Origin: Octopus vulgaris
Lineage: Eukaryota
Direction: 5' to 3'
Assembly: GCA_951406725.2 (NCBI GenBank)
Contig: OX597826.1
Coordinates: 22,258,001-22,322,000, forward strand
Length of the DNA: 64,000 nucleotides
Made by a program: the position numbers and the translations under genes. Numbering within the stretch: the first letter of the stretch is position 1; the number at the start of each line of letters is the position of its first letter. The notes beneath the pieces are model-generated. The model searched no databases and was not told the DNA's origin. It worked only from the letters and a program-made list of their open reading frames with translations. Of the stretch, positions 10,938 through 23,293 are shown piece after piece.

Positions 10938-13476
10938 ATCCAGTTATAAATACTTGGGAATACTTCAGGCAGAAGGAATTAGACACAACAATATGAAAGA
11001 AAATACCAAGAAAGAGTCATTATCAGCATTGTTTGACCGTGGTCGAGACAATGGAATTTACTATGTTATGCCAGACTTCACGGTCCATCATAGCATTACG
11101 GAGATCCTGTTGCTGGATGCCTGTATCCCTGGAGATTACATCAGGGTAGGAGAGTGTACGCCCTCTGGTATCGCGAGCAGATGGCTTCCAGAGGAGAAGA
11201 GTAGAAATTACCTCGTTTTCAGCTCTACAACAATGTCCAGCAAACTGGACTCTTCTACCTTTCACAAGAGATGATATAGGTGGTAGTTTCCCATATATTT
11301 GTACTTTGGTTGGATGACGCTTCCACGAGAGATTTTGAGCTCTCATAAGGAGGCGAGTGTAAGTTCCATCCAACTGCCTCTCAAGCTTCTTTGATAATGT
11401 CCACGTTTCTGAGCCATATAGTAGAATTGGTTCGACTGTGGCTTTGAAGATTTTAAGTTTGAAATCTCTACTTAGATTTGATGACCAGATCTTATGCATA
11501 TCATTACAGGCTGACCAGGCCATACCCTTTCTAGTTAGAAAATCTTTTTCAGATGATGATATGTATAACCCAAGATATTTGTAATCAGAAACCATATTTA
11601 AGGGCGTATTTAAGAGAGTATGGATGATGAAATCACTGTTGGACAGGCACTTGTTTACATATTCAGTCTTGGACAATTTCAGATGATGATATGTATAACC
11701 CAAGATATTTGTAATCAGAAACCATATTTAAGGGCGTATTTAAGAGAGTATGGATGATGAAATCACTGTTGGACAGGCACTTGTTTACATATTCAGTCTT
11801 GGACAATTTGAGGCTTGTTCAAGAGATTGTAAAAGAGACTGGGCATTGGAGAGAGAATCACTGATAAGAAGAGTAGGGGCCAGAGCAAAGCTTCTAATTC
11901 TCCAAATGTCATCAAAGCCAGAAACCATCTAAAGTCTATATCACTAGCTTACCACCGTTCTCCATCCCAGTCACTAAAGACCTAGCTCATAACTGCCAAG
12001 AAGAATCTTGATGAGGCTTACTTGAACGCTGAGGTTGACTTTATCAACGGCAAAATTAGCAAACTATCCAAAGATCACATTAGTAAAAAACACCATCTTG
12101 CCTGGAAATCCATCAAAGACCTATTAGGTAAAAATTCTGGGTCATCAATTAGAATCAAAGGGGGATCAGCTAAGAAGCGTTTAGAAAATTGATCAATTCA
12201 TTTTAAAAACCTTCTTGGAAAAAGAAAGAGTAGCTGCAGTGAGTGAGAAAAATATTGGCTTCAGAATTGCATGTCAGAAATATAATTTCCTCAATAAACT
12301 CACAAGCAGTCACAGTAGTTTGGTACGGTGCTGGAATCCTGAAGTGGACATAAGAGGAGCTAAAGGAGTTGGATAGGAAGTCAAGAAAGCTCCTAATGAT
12401 ACATAGAGCCCATCATCCACATGCAGACACTGTTTGCCTATACAGGGAGAGAGCAAATGGAGGAAGAGGACTAATAAATGAGGAAGACTGCTTACATATT
12501 GTCCTCAGGAACTTAATGAGATACCGATCCCAAAGTAAGAAAACCTTGCTAGTGTCAGTTAGGAATGAGGGAGTTTTGAAAGCAGAGAAAAAAAGGAAAA
12601 ACAAAGAAGTACAGAAAGGACATGAAGAAGAATTACACAACAAGGGACAACACAATCAATTCCATGTGGCCACAACAGAAGTTTCTGGAAAACAGGTAGG
12701 ATTGGCTGAAGGAAGAACACTGAAAAAAGAGATTGAGAGCATTATACTGGCAGTGCAAGACCGAGCTTTGGCCATGAATTGAAGGGTCAACCTTAGGAAT
12801 GAGCAAGTGTCTCCACTGTGCTGCATCTGTAATAGAGTGGATGAAACCATTACCCATATTGCGAACAAATGCCTTAGGCTTGTCCAAAACGACTACAAGT
12901 TGTGGTGACACAATGAGATAGCGAAAGTGCTATATTGGAAACTGTGAAAAGTGGGGGCTAGAGAGAGGCAAGATGTGGTATGAGAACAATCCACAGAAAG
13001 TGAAAGAGTTGGAGACCTGCAAAATCCTCAGGGATTTCCTAATCCAAAAAGATCAGGTGCTAAAGCATAACAGACTGAACCTAGTGACGGTGGAGAAGAT
13101 GCACCACATGTCCTATTGAGTTGATGTTGCATGCCCCTTTGACCCATGGATAGTCAAGAAGCAAGGTGAAAAAATAGATGTATATACATCCCTCTTAAGT
13201 ACCAAATAGCCCGGCTATAGAAAATGAAGAAGGTGAAGATAGGGCCAATTATTGTTGGGTCCTTGGGAACAGTATCAGAAGACATCAAGAGAAATATAAA
13301 GGAAATTAGATAGAGAGCCCAGTAGAACTGTTACAAAAGTTTTGTCTCCTTGGCACAGTAAGAATAATCAGGAAAGTATTAGATAGCTGAAAAGAATGGC
13401 CAGCATAGCATCATAGGCTGCAGGCAGTAAGTCTACGATGTATGCATGACTCCAAGAGTTACAACAAAACCTGAGA
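10938..13476 (+). mobile_element. R4/Dong-like (RLE) non-LTR retrotransposon, 5'-truncated and decayed, split by a nested LINE
   Basis: SYKYLGILQ...KKE resumes after the insert as VRKILASEL..YGAGILKWT..LDRKSRKLL..GGRGL, AVQDRAL, CCIC..ETITHI..C and DFLIQKD..VDVACPFD; (TAA)n lies at both flanks. Confidence 0.85.
11018..12221 (-). mobile_element. RTE/RTEX-like LINE insertion with 5' inversion and 10-bp TSD
   Basis: TSD aagaaagagt at 11008-11017 and 12222-12231. The minus part 11018-~11868 encodes the RT C-terminus (YKYLG, LLYGSETWTL, FAGHCCR). The plus part ~11866-12221 encodes the EN-RT linker (AWKSIKDLLG..HFKNLLG). Confidence 0.88.
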
Positions 13477-13567
13477 TCATCATCATCATCATCGTTTAGC
13501 GTCCGCTTTCCATGCTAGCATGGGTTGGACGGTTCAACTGGGGTCTGGGAAGCCTTCTGGCTTCCCA
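13477..13567 (-). mobile_element. Very short RTE 3'-tail insertion
   Basis: catcatcatcgtttagcgtccgctttccatgctagcatgggttggacggttcaactggggtctggg is the reverse complement of the tail at ~6175-6250. Confidence 0.88.
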
Positions 13568-13599
<32 letters not shown>

Positions 13600-15036
13600 A
13601 CCTATTTTATACAGTGCTCAAGTTTGCTACACCTCATCAGGAAAGGTAGTCAAAAGTGAATGTACAGAACATTGAATAATACGCAGAGAATGAGTCATAA
13701 AAGAAGTAAAAAAATGAGACACCAGGTGTAGTGTTGGCAAATTTTGAGAAGCATGGAAGTTTTGAAGGATATAGTATTCCTGTGTTCATTTGATTTACCA
13801 GAAATCTCCCCCAGACATAGGGTCAATTCCAAAACATCTGATTCCACTTTTTTCTTATGGCAGACAAACCTTTCCAAACCCACAAACAATTAATGGATGT
13901 CCATGCTAGGTAACCATTTTGTATGTTTAAAGCATAGCTTTCCTACATGTTTTAATGTGGGACTGAAAGAATGTACTGACTGGAGGTTTGGGTAAGAGAA
14001 TTTTTTCCATGAAGCATCAATGTTGAACAATTTGAGGATAGTTTGTGATTCTTAAAATGTATTGCTATGTAGCAGAAGATCAAGATCAAACAATTCTATT
14101 ATATATTGTAGCATTTGATTACCAGAATAGCTGATTGGTTAAGTAGTTTGCTTTCAACTAAGGGGCTTTAAATTCAACTCCACAGCATGGTAGTTTGGGT
14201 AAGTATCTTCTACCGTAGTATTAGGTTGACTAAAATTATTTCAGTTGCTCATTGGGGGCAGAATTTCCAGTTTTGGTTATAAGTTTTCTGTCAGCTATTT
14301 TAGAAACACCATGAAGCTCTTGGATACCATTAGTAGAATGCCCTTTGTTGTAAGTATTGAGGTCAGGTCACCAGTTTGAAGATAACATCCTCAACTTCCT
14401 CCCATCCTCCACAGAAACCCTGAAAGCATTCCCAGCTGTTGCACTTTCTTGTCTAAGTCAGCAAACCCCACCCAGCAAAGGAATAAGAAATCTCCTAAGA
14501 ACCATCTCGGTAAACTTAGCCCCATAACTCACACTTCTGACCCACTCACACCCTTTCTTTCTCTGCTTTGTCCCTCACTCTCATGTCAACCACACACATC
14601 ACTCTTTCACTTTAAAACCTTCATTATTGTACTTACTGAAAACCCAATTTACACACACACACACACACACTATTTCTCACTCTCTCTCTCTTACTTTCTC
14701 TCTCATTCAGCAGGCAAAAAGCAATGGACAAAACTGATTTTTTTTAGTCTCCCTGTCACCAAACTTTTCAACAAATTTTCCAGCAGGTTAATTCTTGCTA
14801 CTGTTAACCCAGTTTCCTGGAATTTCAGAATTCATCATAACTTAGCTTTGATAAGCTTAATTCAAAATATTACTTTCAATTCACAGTTAATTGGTGTATG
14901 AAAGGGAGAATCCTGACTCTTAACAGATTTATTTTAACATTTCTTACATCTGTATGACCATCACTCCTAAATTAAAATGCTAATGCAAAACTAGAAGTAT
15001 CTATAAAAAATGAAAAAATTTTTTAAAACTACTTAC

Positions 15037-15110
15037 ATCGATGTAATTAGCATTGATATAGTCAGAATCACTATCTTTGCATTTCTCCAAAATCACTCGT
15101 GAATGATCAT
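15037..15110 (-). CDS. RPTP exon, PTP motifs 2-3 (74 nt, phase 1-0)
   Basis: ttgtag acceptor, gtaagt donor; YDHSRVILEKCKDSDSDYINANYID. Confidence 0.96.
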
Positions 15111-15210
15111 CTACAAAACAATATTTATGCAAGTTATACAAGTCAAAGCTTAAAAGTGACACAATAGAATCAAAATCAATGTTTTATAGTTTACATCTTA
15201 ATCTACTTAC

Positions 15211-15298
15211 ATGCAACAATATTTTTATATCTATTCTTTGCTTTATTTTCCTGCAGATTGGCAGCTTTGCATGTTGCTTCAGTATTCTGGGATAATCT
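15211..15298 (-). CDS. RPTP exon, PTP motif 1 (88 nt, phase 0-1)
   Basis: tttcag acceptor, gtaagt donor; RLSQNTEATCKAANLQENKAKNRYKNIVA (KNRY pTyr-recognition loop). Confidence 0.95.
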
Positions 15299-16251
15299 CT
15301 GAAAATAAATTTACAAACAAAAATAAAAAAAGAAATATTTATTTTTGATTTTAGAATTTTGAAATGTTTTAATCACAAATTCAGTCGTGTAATTTCAGAA
15401 TCTCTATTTACATACTAATCTTTAGCACCCTTTTACTTTTAAAAGATGGGGTTCTTTAAATTCTTGATTTTTTTTTCACTTCATACAAATAAATACGTTT
15501 CCTTGCTAACTTTTTAAAACCAACTGCCATTTACACAAAATATTTACAACTCACATTTATTGAAATTATATGACACAATTACTAAAAGCATATACTACAA
15601 TTACATTTGTGTTTAAATTATACTGCTTGAAGGCATGTTTGAAAAGCAGAAAACACATCTTTACAATATGCACACACTTTGTGTATGTGTGTGTGTGTGT
15701 GTGTGCATGTGTGTGAAGTAAAATGTTCCTGGTGAGAGAGAGAGTAGGCAGCATATAGTTATAAGCTTGCTATTGAAGCCATACTGTAAACAAAGAACCC
15801 TCACCAAAGTAATAAATTCTAAGAAAGGAATTCTATATTAAAAGCTTTGATTTCCGTACCATTAACATCAAGAACAGGCTCCTATTAACATGTGACTGGC
15901 AAAGAACAGATAGATATAGACATGTTTCAATAACACCATTCTTTACTTCACACAAACATAAGTAAACACTATTGTAAATGGTCAAATGATGTAGAGACTT
16001 TGGTGCTATGAAAGGTAAATGGTATGGGAGGCACAGTAGTGGATAAAATGGAAAATTTTTAATAGTTAAAGCAATAAAATATAATTAAAAGAAAAGAGTT
16101 ATAAGTAGGAAGTTAGATTGTGTCTGAAACTCTGGGCACATAGCCACCTGACAGGCAATTTCAAATATCTTCTACACAATTATTTCAATATATTTACCTC
16201 AACAGAAATTCCCAGACAAAACAAAAAAAGAATTTTGAAAATGATACTCAC

Positions 16252-16409
16252 CCTGTATTCAGCACCGAAACCCCCTTCAAAATTTCGTTTATTTTGAATG
16301 TATGACTGAAGTTCATCGACTGGGATGGAATCAGGAATAATGATATCATTTTCTCCAACATTCATATAAATAATTTCATCCTCACACTGGATATCAGCAT
16401 TGCTGCCAT
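16252..16409 (-). CDS. RPTP exon, juxtamembrane 2 / PTP wedge region (158 nt, phase 1-0)
   Basis: ccactag acceptor, gtgagt donor; DGSNADIQCEDEIIYMNVGENDIIIPDSIPVDELQSYIQNKRNFEGGFGAEYR, with the IPV-EL...F--EY pattern that precedes RPTP D1 domains. Confidence 0.87.
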
Positions 16410-17074
16410 CTAGTGGACAGGGGAGAATACAACTTTAAAAATTCACTAAAAATTTCTTATTTGTTTGTTTTCTTAATTACAAGACAGACATTTAATAAAT
16501 TATTTTAGTAAATTAAGACCAAAATAATATTTCAGATTAAAAATATGAATTGTGTTAAATTTTAAATTACATTCTAATAACAAACATTGAATTGTAAGTT
16601 AAAACTAGTTATTTGAAAGGACGTTTCACACACGCACACACACACAACATATTCAGTAGCAAAGAAAATAGGTAAAAGTCCCAACTGCTGTTATATAAGA
16701 TGGTATGATAACAGTAATATGTTGCAATTACTGGTTAAAGCATGAGTACCTGAGAGTTAGTGCAGAGACATTTACTGATAGTTATCAGTCACATGTAACA
16801 GAAAGCTGTAATGAAATGGAGATTAATAACTCAAGACTAACTTCATGGCCAAAGATGAGAGTGTCAGATACTTCTCAGCTCATCTGGTGTCTATGAGGTT
16901 TTCTTAACCTCATAGATAATCAATCTCCAGAGATTATCAGAGATAATCAATCTCCACACTGGCTGTCGTACCTGGTCATTCACCTGAGCTTTCCAGATGA
17001 AATTAGCTGCTCTCTGAATACTCTTACCCTCATCGCTCAGAATTACTGAAGCTTCACGGCTACACCACAGATAT

Positions 17075-17300
17075 ATAAGAGGAATCAGATGAAATGTGTA
17101 AAAGAGAAGGCTGTGCTGGTTTGGTCGTGTGGTGCTTATGGATGAGGGCAGATGCATAAAGAAATACTGATCACATCAAGTGGATGGAACTTATAGAAGA
17201 GGGAAACCCAGGAAGACATGCGATGAAATATTGAAGGCTGATCTCAAGATGTTGAGTCTTATGGACAAAGGACTAAAAAGATTGGAGTCTTGCAGTGCTC
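17075..17300 (+). mobile_element. Old RTE LINE 3' fragment
   Basis: RRLCWFGRVVLMDEGRCIKK...RRGKPRKT..EILKADL, homologous to the RTE C-terminus at 2190-2340. Confidence 0.65.
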
Positions 17301-18476
17301 AAAGAGCCCCACCAACCTAATACAGTGAAAATGACATCCTAAAGCCACTCAGATATGCTTATATGTGTGAAGTCCTGTCCTCCCTCCTCTTTCTAAGATG
17401 TCAAGCATTTCTCCCCATCAATGGTACTACTCAGCTGCTATACTCACTTTAGAGTAGCACATATTCCATTCCATCCCCTCTCTCATGGTCTCTCACCTCT
17501 ACCACCACAATTACTTCCATTCTTCATCCTTGCCCACACTATTTCTACATTAACTTCAGTCACTGCTCTCTCTCTCTCCCCTCCCCCCCTCACTATACAC
17601 CTTGCTCTTCTGATACCATTTTCAATGCCCTCCCATATCTATCATCATAATCCACATACTACAGCCCCTTCCATATCCCTATATCTCCCTTTCTATTTCT
17701 GCTACATTTTACACATCATCCCACTACATTATGTTCTATTCTCCTTCCTGAGCCACTCCTATATCTCCCACCTCACCCCTCTCAATACTGGTTATTTCCC
17801 ATCATCTGTACCTCCTCCCTCATCCACTATACACTATATTAACCTCTACCTCCACTTGCCTACCCCCCCTCACACTCTTATGAAAGTATCCACTCTCTCG
17901 TCCCCTCTCATGACTCACTGTTCATATCCTCTCTTATGATCATCTTGTTCCTTGGGAGTTTACTCAAACACCCCACCACTACCTTCTTAACTCCTTCAGT
18001 CATATATATCCTCTATAGCAAGACACCTGGGATCAGTCTTCTATCATACTTTAGCCTTTCAACACCTGGCATAAAGCCACCCACCTCCACCTTTTCCTCC
18101 CAAATACTTCATTTTTAGTGGTGGGAGCCTTTTCCCTTTCATTTTTCCACGTTCTTTTGTGTCTTGCAAGCCACATGGCAATCTCATGAGTGCTGATAGC
18201 ACACAAAAAGCACCTATTACACTCTGTAAAGTGGTTGGCATTAAGAAGGGCATCCAGCTGTAGAAACGAAGCCAAAGATGGCTTTCTGTGGCCTCGTCAA
18301 ACTGCTCAAGCCCTGCAAGCATGGCAAACAGATATCAAATGATGACAATCGATCATTCAGTTGCTCGTTCGTTCATTCATTCATTCATTCATAGTGAAAA
18401 TGTTCAAGAGAAAAATACCACATGGTGAATTGTAGTGAAAAATATAAAGAGGAAAATGTACAGAAATTTTATGTTG

Positions 18477-18519
<43 letters not shown>

Positions 18520-18528
<9 letters not shown>

Positions 18529-18687
18529 ATAAATGTGAAAACTAATTTCTGTGTGTCAGTGTGTCACACCTCGAGCCCCCCTTCACTATTCATTGACACT
18601 CCTACTATTGCTCATGTTGGGGTGAGACTAATAGTAGACATAGAGACGGTGAGGGCGGTGGCAGAGAGAGAGAGAGGGAGGGAGAGG

Positions 18688-18719
<32 letters not shown>

Positions 18720-19294
18720 CAAAGAAATTTAGGGAGAGTTGTTGATGTTTTTATTAAAAGCAGTAGTGTTGATGGTGGCGGTGGGAGTAATAATAAGAAA
18801 GAGAGAAAGAGGGACTGAACACTGAACTAACATACTAAAGAGAGACATTTAGTTTTTTTGTGATGGCAATGGGGTGATAGTAATAGTATGAGCTGTAGTT
18901 GTGAGAGGTGGAGGCAGTGGTGGTGGTGGTGGTGGTGGCTGAGAGGGATGAGAGTAAGCGATGTGAAAGACAGTGCTGATGGAGGAGAAGGTGGCAAAGT
19001 CAAAGGTATTGATGATGGTAGTGTCAGAAGTCTGAATGGTGTGTGTATAGCAGATGCGATGGAGATAGTGAGGGTACTGTTGTTTATCATGCAGCTTTGC
19101 AATAAGTTCCAAGTCGGCAAATTATATCATTGTTTTGACGAAAATTGTTCATTGCTTGAAAATTATTGATCAAGTTTAATAAAATTTAATATGTACTCAA
19201 TGCATGGAGTGTCACTGTTGGGTCCAAGGCCTAATGAAGAGCCCTCCACAGGAGCTAGCTTAAAAGCCACCTGATAGAGCAGCTTTTAAGCTAG
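18520..19294 (+). mobile_element. Non-autonomous Helitron-like element
   Basis: Starts in (TA)n and ends with a subterminal hairpin (agcttaaaagc...gcttttaagct) and CTAG|T at 19291-19295. Confidence 0.5.
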
Positions 19295-19299
<5 letters not shown>

Positions 19300-19331
<32 letters not shown>

Positions 19332-19787
19332 CTTCTCAGGCATCCTCCATCCGAATGCGCTCAAATTTGATATGTAGATACTGACGGTATCGGGGTGGGT
19401 ATAAGTCTTGAAAAAATTACAAAAATCGATTCCAGGTGAGAATGCATAACTGCACCTTCCATTTTTTGTTGTTTTTGTACAGCTTAAAGGCACATTTCTT
19501 CCCTGCCAAGCTTATTATTTAAACTATGTTTGTGTTCTCCCAGTCAACAGTACCATTACTGGTAATTTAAACTCTTCGGTTGCATATTTGTGTGAATAAA
19601 ATTGTTTTTCTTTGGAATAGAAAAAAAGTCTATCTTTATTTCTTCTTTTGCTGGTGTCTCAAATTTAGGTTAAATCAGTGTTTCTCAAAGGGGTGGCCTA
19701 TGGGACGGTCGGACAAGTTGTTTTGAGAAAATTTGGTTTAAATGTTTCACAACTCAGCACCGTCCTTTGGACGGGAGGCGTTTTGCT

Positions 19788-19789
<2 letters not shown>
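19300..19789 (+). mobile_element. Non-autonomous Helitron-like element
   Basis: (TG)n near the 5' end; 3' hairpin ccgtcc-ttt-ggacgg followed by CTTG|T (degenerate CTRR) in a (TA)n context. Confidence 0.45.
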
Positions 19790-19839
<50 letters not shown>

Positions 19840-20388
19840 TTTGAAAAGAGAAAAAAGAATGACTTCATGGGTAGTTCTAATCAGTTTAATTTATTATTTT
19901 TTTAATTTTTTAATAATATAAATTTTAGTTCATAGATCTAGTAAGTTCTTTGTTAACTTGGGTGAGGAGAATTAAAAAAAAAATTTCTGGTTAACTGCTT
20001 AGGAGAACTTTCTGACATTCATTGTCATCTGAGAATTTGGGGTTTTGTGATTCTACATATATGGGATTTGAGTATGTTTGGGGTGGGGTTGGAGTTTGTA
20101 AATCAGTGTGAGAGTAAAAGACTGTTAATAAATGATAGCTGAAAGAAAGTAATGAATGGCCAACACAAAATACTTGATTGAAGTTGCATTTGGGAGGTGG
20201 TGGGGTGTTAAAGGAGTGTTTTGTGAAGCTATTTGAATAGTTGACCTTTGATCAGAAAACTAATGACCAGATGTTTTCCCAGATACTTTCTTTTAGTAAT
20301 TTTCTAGGTTTTAAGAGTAAGATTCATGTCTTTTGATAAAAATGTTTGTTGATAGAAGTGGTTTATATATGTGTGTGTGTGTGTGTGT

Positions 20389-20655
20389 GGAGGCGCCAGT
20401 AGCCCAGTGGTTAGGGCAGCAGACTTGCAGTCGTGAGTGTTTATTGAGTGAAAACACCTAAAAGCTCCATGACGCTCCGGCAGGAGGTGGTGATCCCTGC
20501 TGTACTCTTTCAAAACTCTTTATCTCACTCTTTCTTCTGTTGGCCTGCTCGCTTAGCCGGAGGGGTGGCATCATTCGAAGGCTAAAAAACAATGTGAACG
20601 CATTGTGACCAGCGATGTGCAGCAACATCTGATGGTCTGGTTGGTCACGTGATCT
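20389..20655 (+). mobile_element. tRNA-derived SINE (family B), B-box deleted
   Basis: Aligns with 45111-45403 but lacks the ggattgtggttttgattcccagattgggcatt segment. Confidence 0.8.
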
Positions 20656-20829
20656 ATATATATATATATATTGGTTTGGGAGGTGAGGTGGGGAAGATCA
20701 TGCTAGCTCACATATTTACTTCCCTACATATAATAAAGAAGTATATGTGCATTTCTTTCTCTCTCTATATATACATATATATATATATATACACACACAC
20801 ATGCACACACACACACACACACATATATG

Positions 20830-20870
<41 letters not shown>

Positions 20871-21929
20871 ATACATATACATTTATAAGTTTACATATAT
20901 ATACAACTTGTCTCCACTTTAAGTGGTCAGCACTTCTTTATGTAACCGTCCTCAACTGTCCATATCACACATATGACCAAACCAGTGCAGTCTTCTCTCT
21001 TGCACACTGAATCTAATTTCTCTTACACTTTTCTCTCAATACACATGAATGGATATATGTGTGTATGTATAATTATATATATGTATATTATCATCATCAT
21101 CATCATCATTTTAACATCCACTTTTCTGTGCTCACATGGGTCAGATGGAATTTGTTCGTGTGGATTTCTTTGCAGCTGGATGCCCTTCCTGTCATCAAGT
21201 TCCAAGTAAGGAAATATTTTGCCATGACTGGACAAGTTCCCCAGAAAATTGAAAACAAAGGACACAGATTGCACAGCAATAGCATTTAATTACCACTCTG
21301 AAATGATATCACATGATGCCGAGACATGGAGATAGTAACGCTCACACCCTACACACACATATTCATATATATACATAAATATACATATATTCATATATAT
21401 GTATATATATAGATACATTTTCTGCATTTCTTATTAATATATGTACATCTGTCTGTCTGTCTTATCAATTTATACATACATACACATAAACATGTGCATA
21501 CACATACACGCACATACATACATGTACACATATATATTGAAAAACCATGCACAATGGGACATGAAAATTAACTAAGTACAAAATATCTTTGAATAACAAA
21601 AACAGAAAATAAACCAACACAAATTTGGAAATTCCTTTCATCAGCCATGGCCTAGAAATCAACATGATTTCAGCAGACCCCACTACCCACGTTCTACCAC
21701 ATATAGTGATCATGTGATGGTATATTCAAAATAAAGAGTGCCCCAATACCCTAAGATATAGAGACAAACTTATCAGTGCATCAGAGATATGCTAAAGTGC
21801 AAGTCATAAGAGTTGTTTTGAAAATTCTGCTTCTCCACAATCATGGACAGGTTTTGAAGATTGAGTGAAACGAAATATTTTGGGGTCCAAATCTAGTAAT
21901 TGTTTTATTTCTGTTCAAAGGCTTTCGTA

Positions 21930-22244
21930 TATAGATGTTTTCGATCTAGTTTGGATTTTTGCAATCAAATTTGATTTTTTTAATTGGTGCTCAAGCCTTG
22001 AAAAAAAAAAGTTAAACTACATCAGCTATCGCAGTGTTCATGAGTTATTTCATCGAACTTTCCAGATATCAATTGGTGGGCTCTACTGGACGAGTTAGAT
22101 AAGATAGACATGTATTCTCTTACAGCTGATGCAGTTTAATTCTTTTTTTTTCAAGGCTTGAGCACCAATTGAAAAATTCAAATTTGATTGCAAAGAATTC
22201 AAATTTGATGGCAAAGAATCCAAACTAGATCGAAAGCATCTATA
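21930..22244. mobile_element. MITE with ~100-bp TIRs, TA-flanked
   Basis: tatagatgttttcgatctagtttggat...ggtgctcaagccttgaaaaaaaa matches the reverse complement of tttttttcaaggcttgagcacc...atccaaactagatcgaaagcatctata. Confidence 0.85.
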
Positions 22245-22254
22245 ATTCTGAACC

Positions 22255-22923
22255 AATAATAATAATAATAATGATTTCAAATTTTGGCACAAAGCCAGCT
22301 GTTTTGGGGAAGGGCTAAGTCGATTAAATTGACCCCAGTGTTCAACTGGTACTTATCTTATTGACCCCGAAAGAATGAAAGGCAAAGTTGACCTTAGCAG
22401 AATGTGAACTCAGAATGTAAATACAGATGAAAGGCTGGTAAGCATTTTGCCTGGCATGCTAATGATTCTGCCAGCTCACTGCAGCAGCAGCAGCAGTAGT
22501 AGTAGTTATAATTATAATAATGATACTAATACTTCCAAATTTTGGCACAGGCCTGCAATTTTAAAGGGAGATTGTTAGTTAATATGACTGATACCATTAC
22601 TTGACTAGTGCTTCATTTTATTGACTATGGCGGGATGAAAGGCAAAGAATCATAACAACAACAACAACAGCGACACTACAACAGCAACAACCACAACAAC
22701 AACGATAAGAAGATCATCAACAAAAGTTATTTCTAATTTAGGGCCAAGATCAGCAATTTTGAGGGAGAAACTAGATAATTACATTGGTCCCAGTACTTGA
22801 ATGGTACTTTATTTATTGACCTTGACAAAGGTGAGATTTGAACTCAGAATGTATTGAGCCACAAGAAATATTGCTGAGCACTTTTTTCTCATATGGTAAT
22901 GATTCTTCCAGCTCAATACCTTC

Positions 22924-22965
<42 letters not shown>

Positions 22966-23145
22966 GCGATTTCAAATTTTGGCACAAGGCTAGAAAGTTC
23001 AGGGAAGTGGGCCAGTTGATTAAATGTACTCCACTGGTACTTTGTTTATCGACCCTGAAAGGATGAAAGGCAAAGCTGAGCTTGGTGGAATTTCAACAAA
23101 ATGCCACTAAGCATTTTGTCTAGCATCCTAAGGATTCTGCCAGTT
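22255..23145 (-). mobile_element. Cluster of four head-to-tail family A SINE copies
   Basis: Four recurrences of (aat)n-tttcaaattttggcac...ctggtactt..attgacc...gatgaaaggcaaag at ~22270, 22530, 22730 and 22968, separated by TAA/CAG/CAA microsatellites. Confidence 0.8.
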
Positions 23146-23253
23146 TATAGTAATTTATAATTATATAGTAGTTTATAGTAATTTATATTACTCTTTATAG
23201 TAATAATGATAGCACTTAAATATATACATGAGCATATGTATACATATACACAA

Positions 23254-23293
<40 letters not shown>

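Noticed and set aside
17421-18118. 172-aa Pro/Leu/Ser/His-rich ORF and its neighbour
   Set aside because: Pyrimidine-rich low-complexity tract that lacks stops by composition; no domain or splice support.
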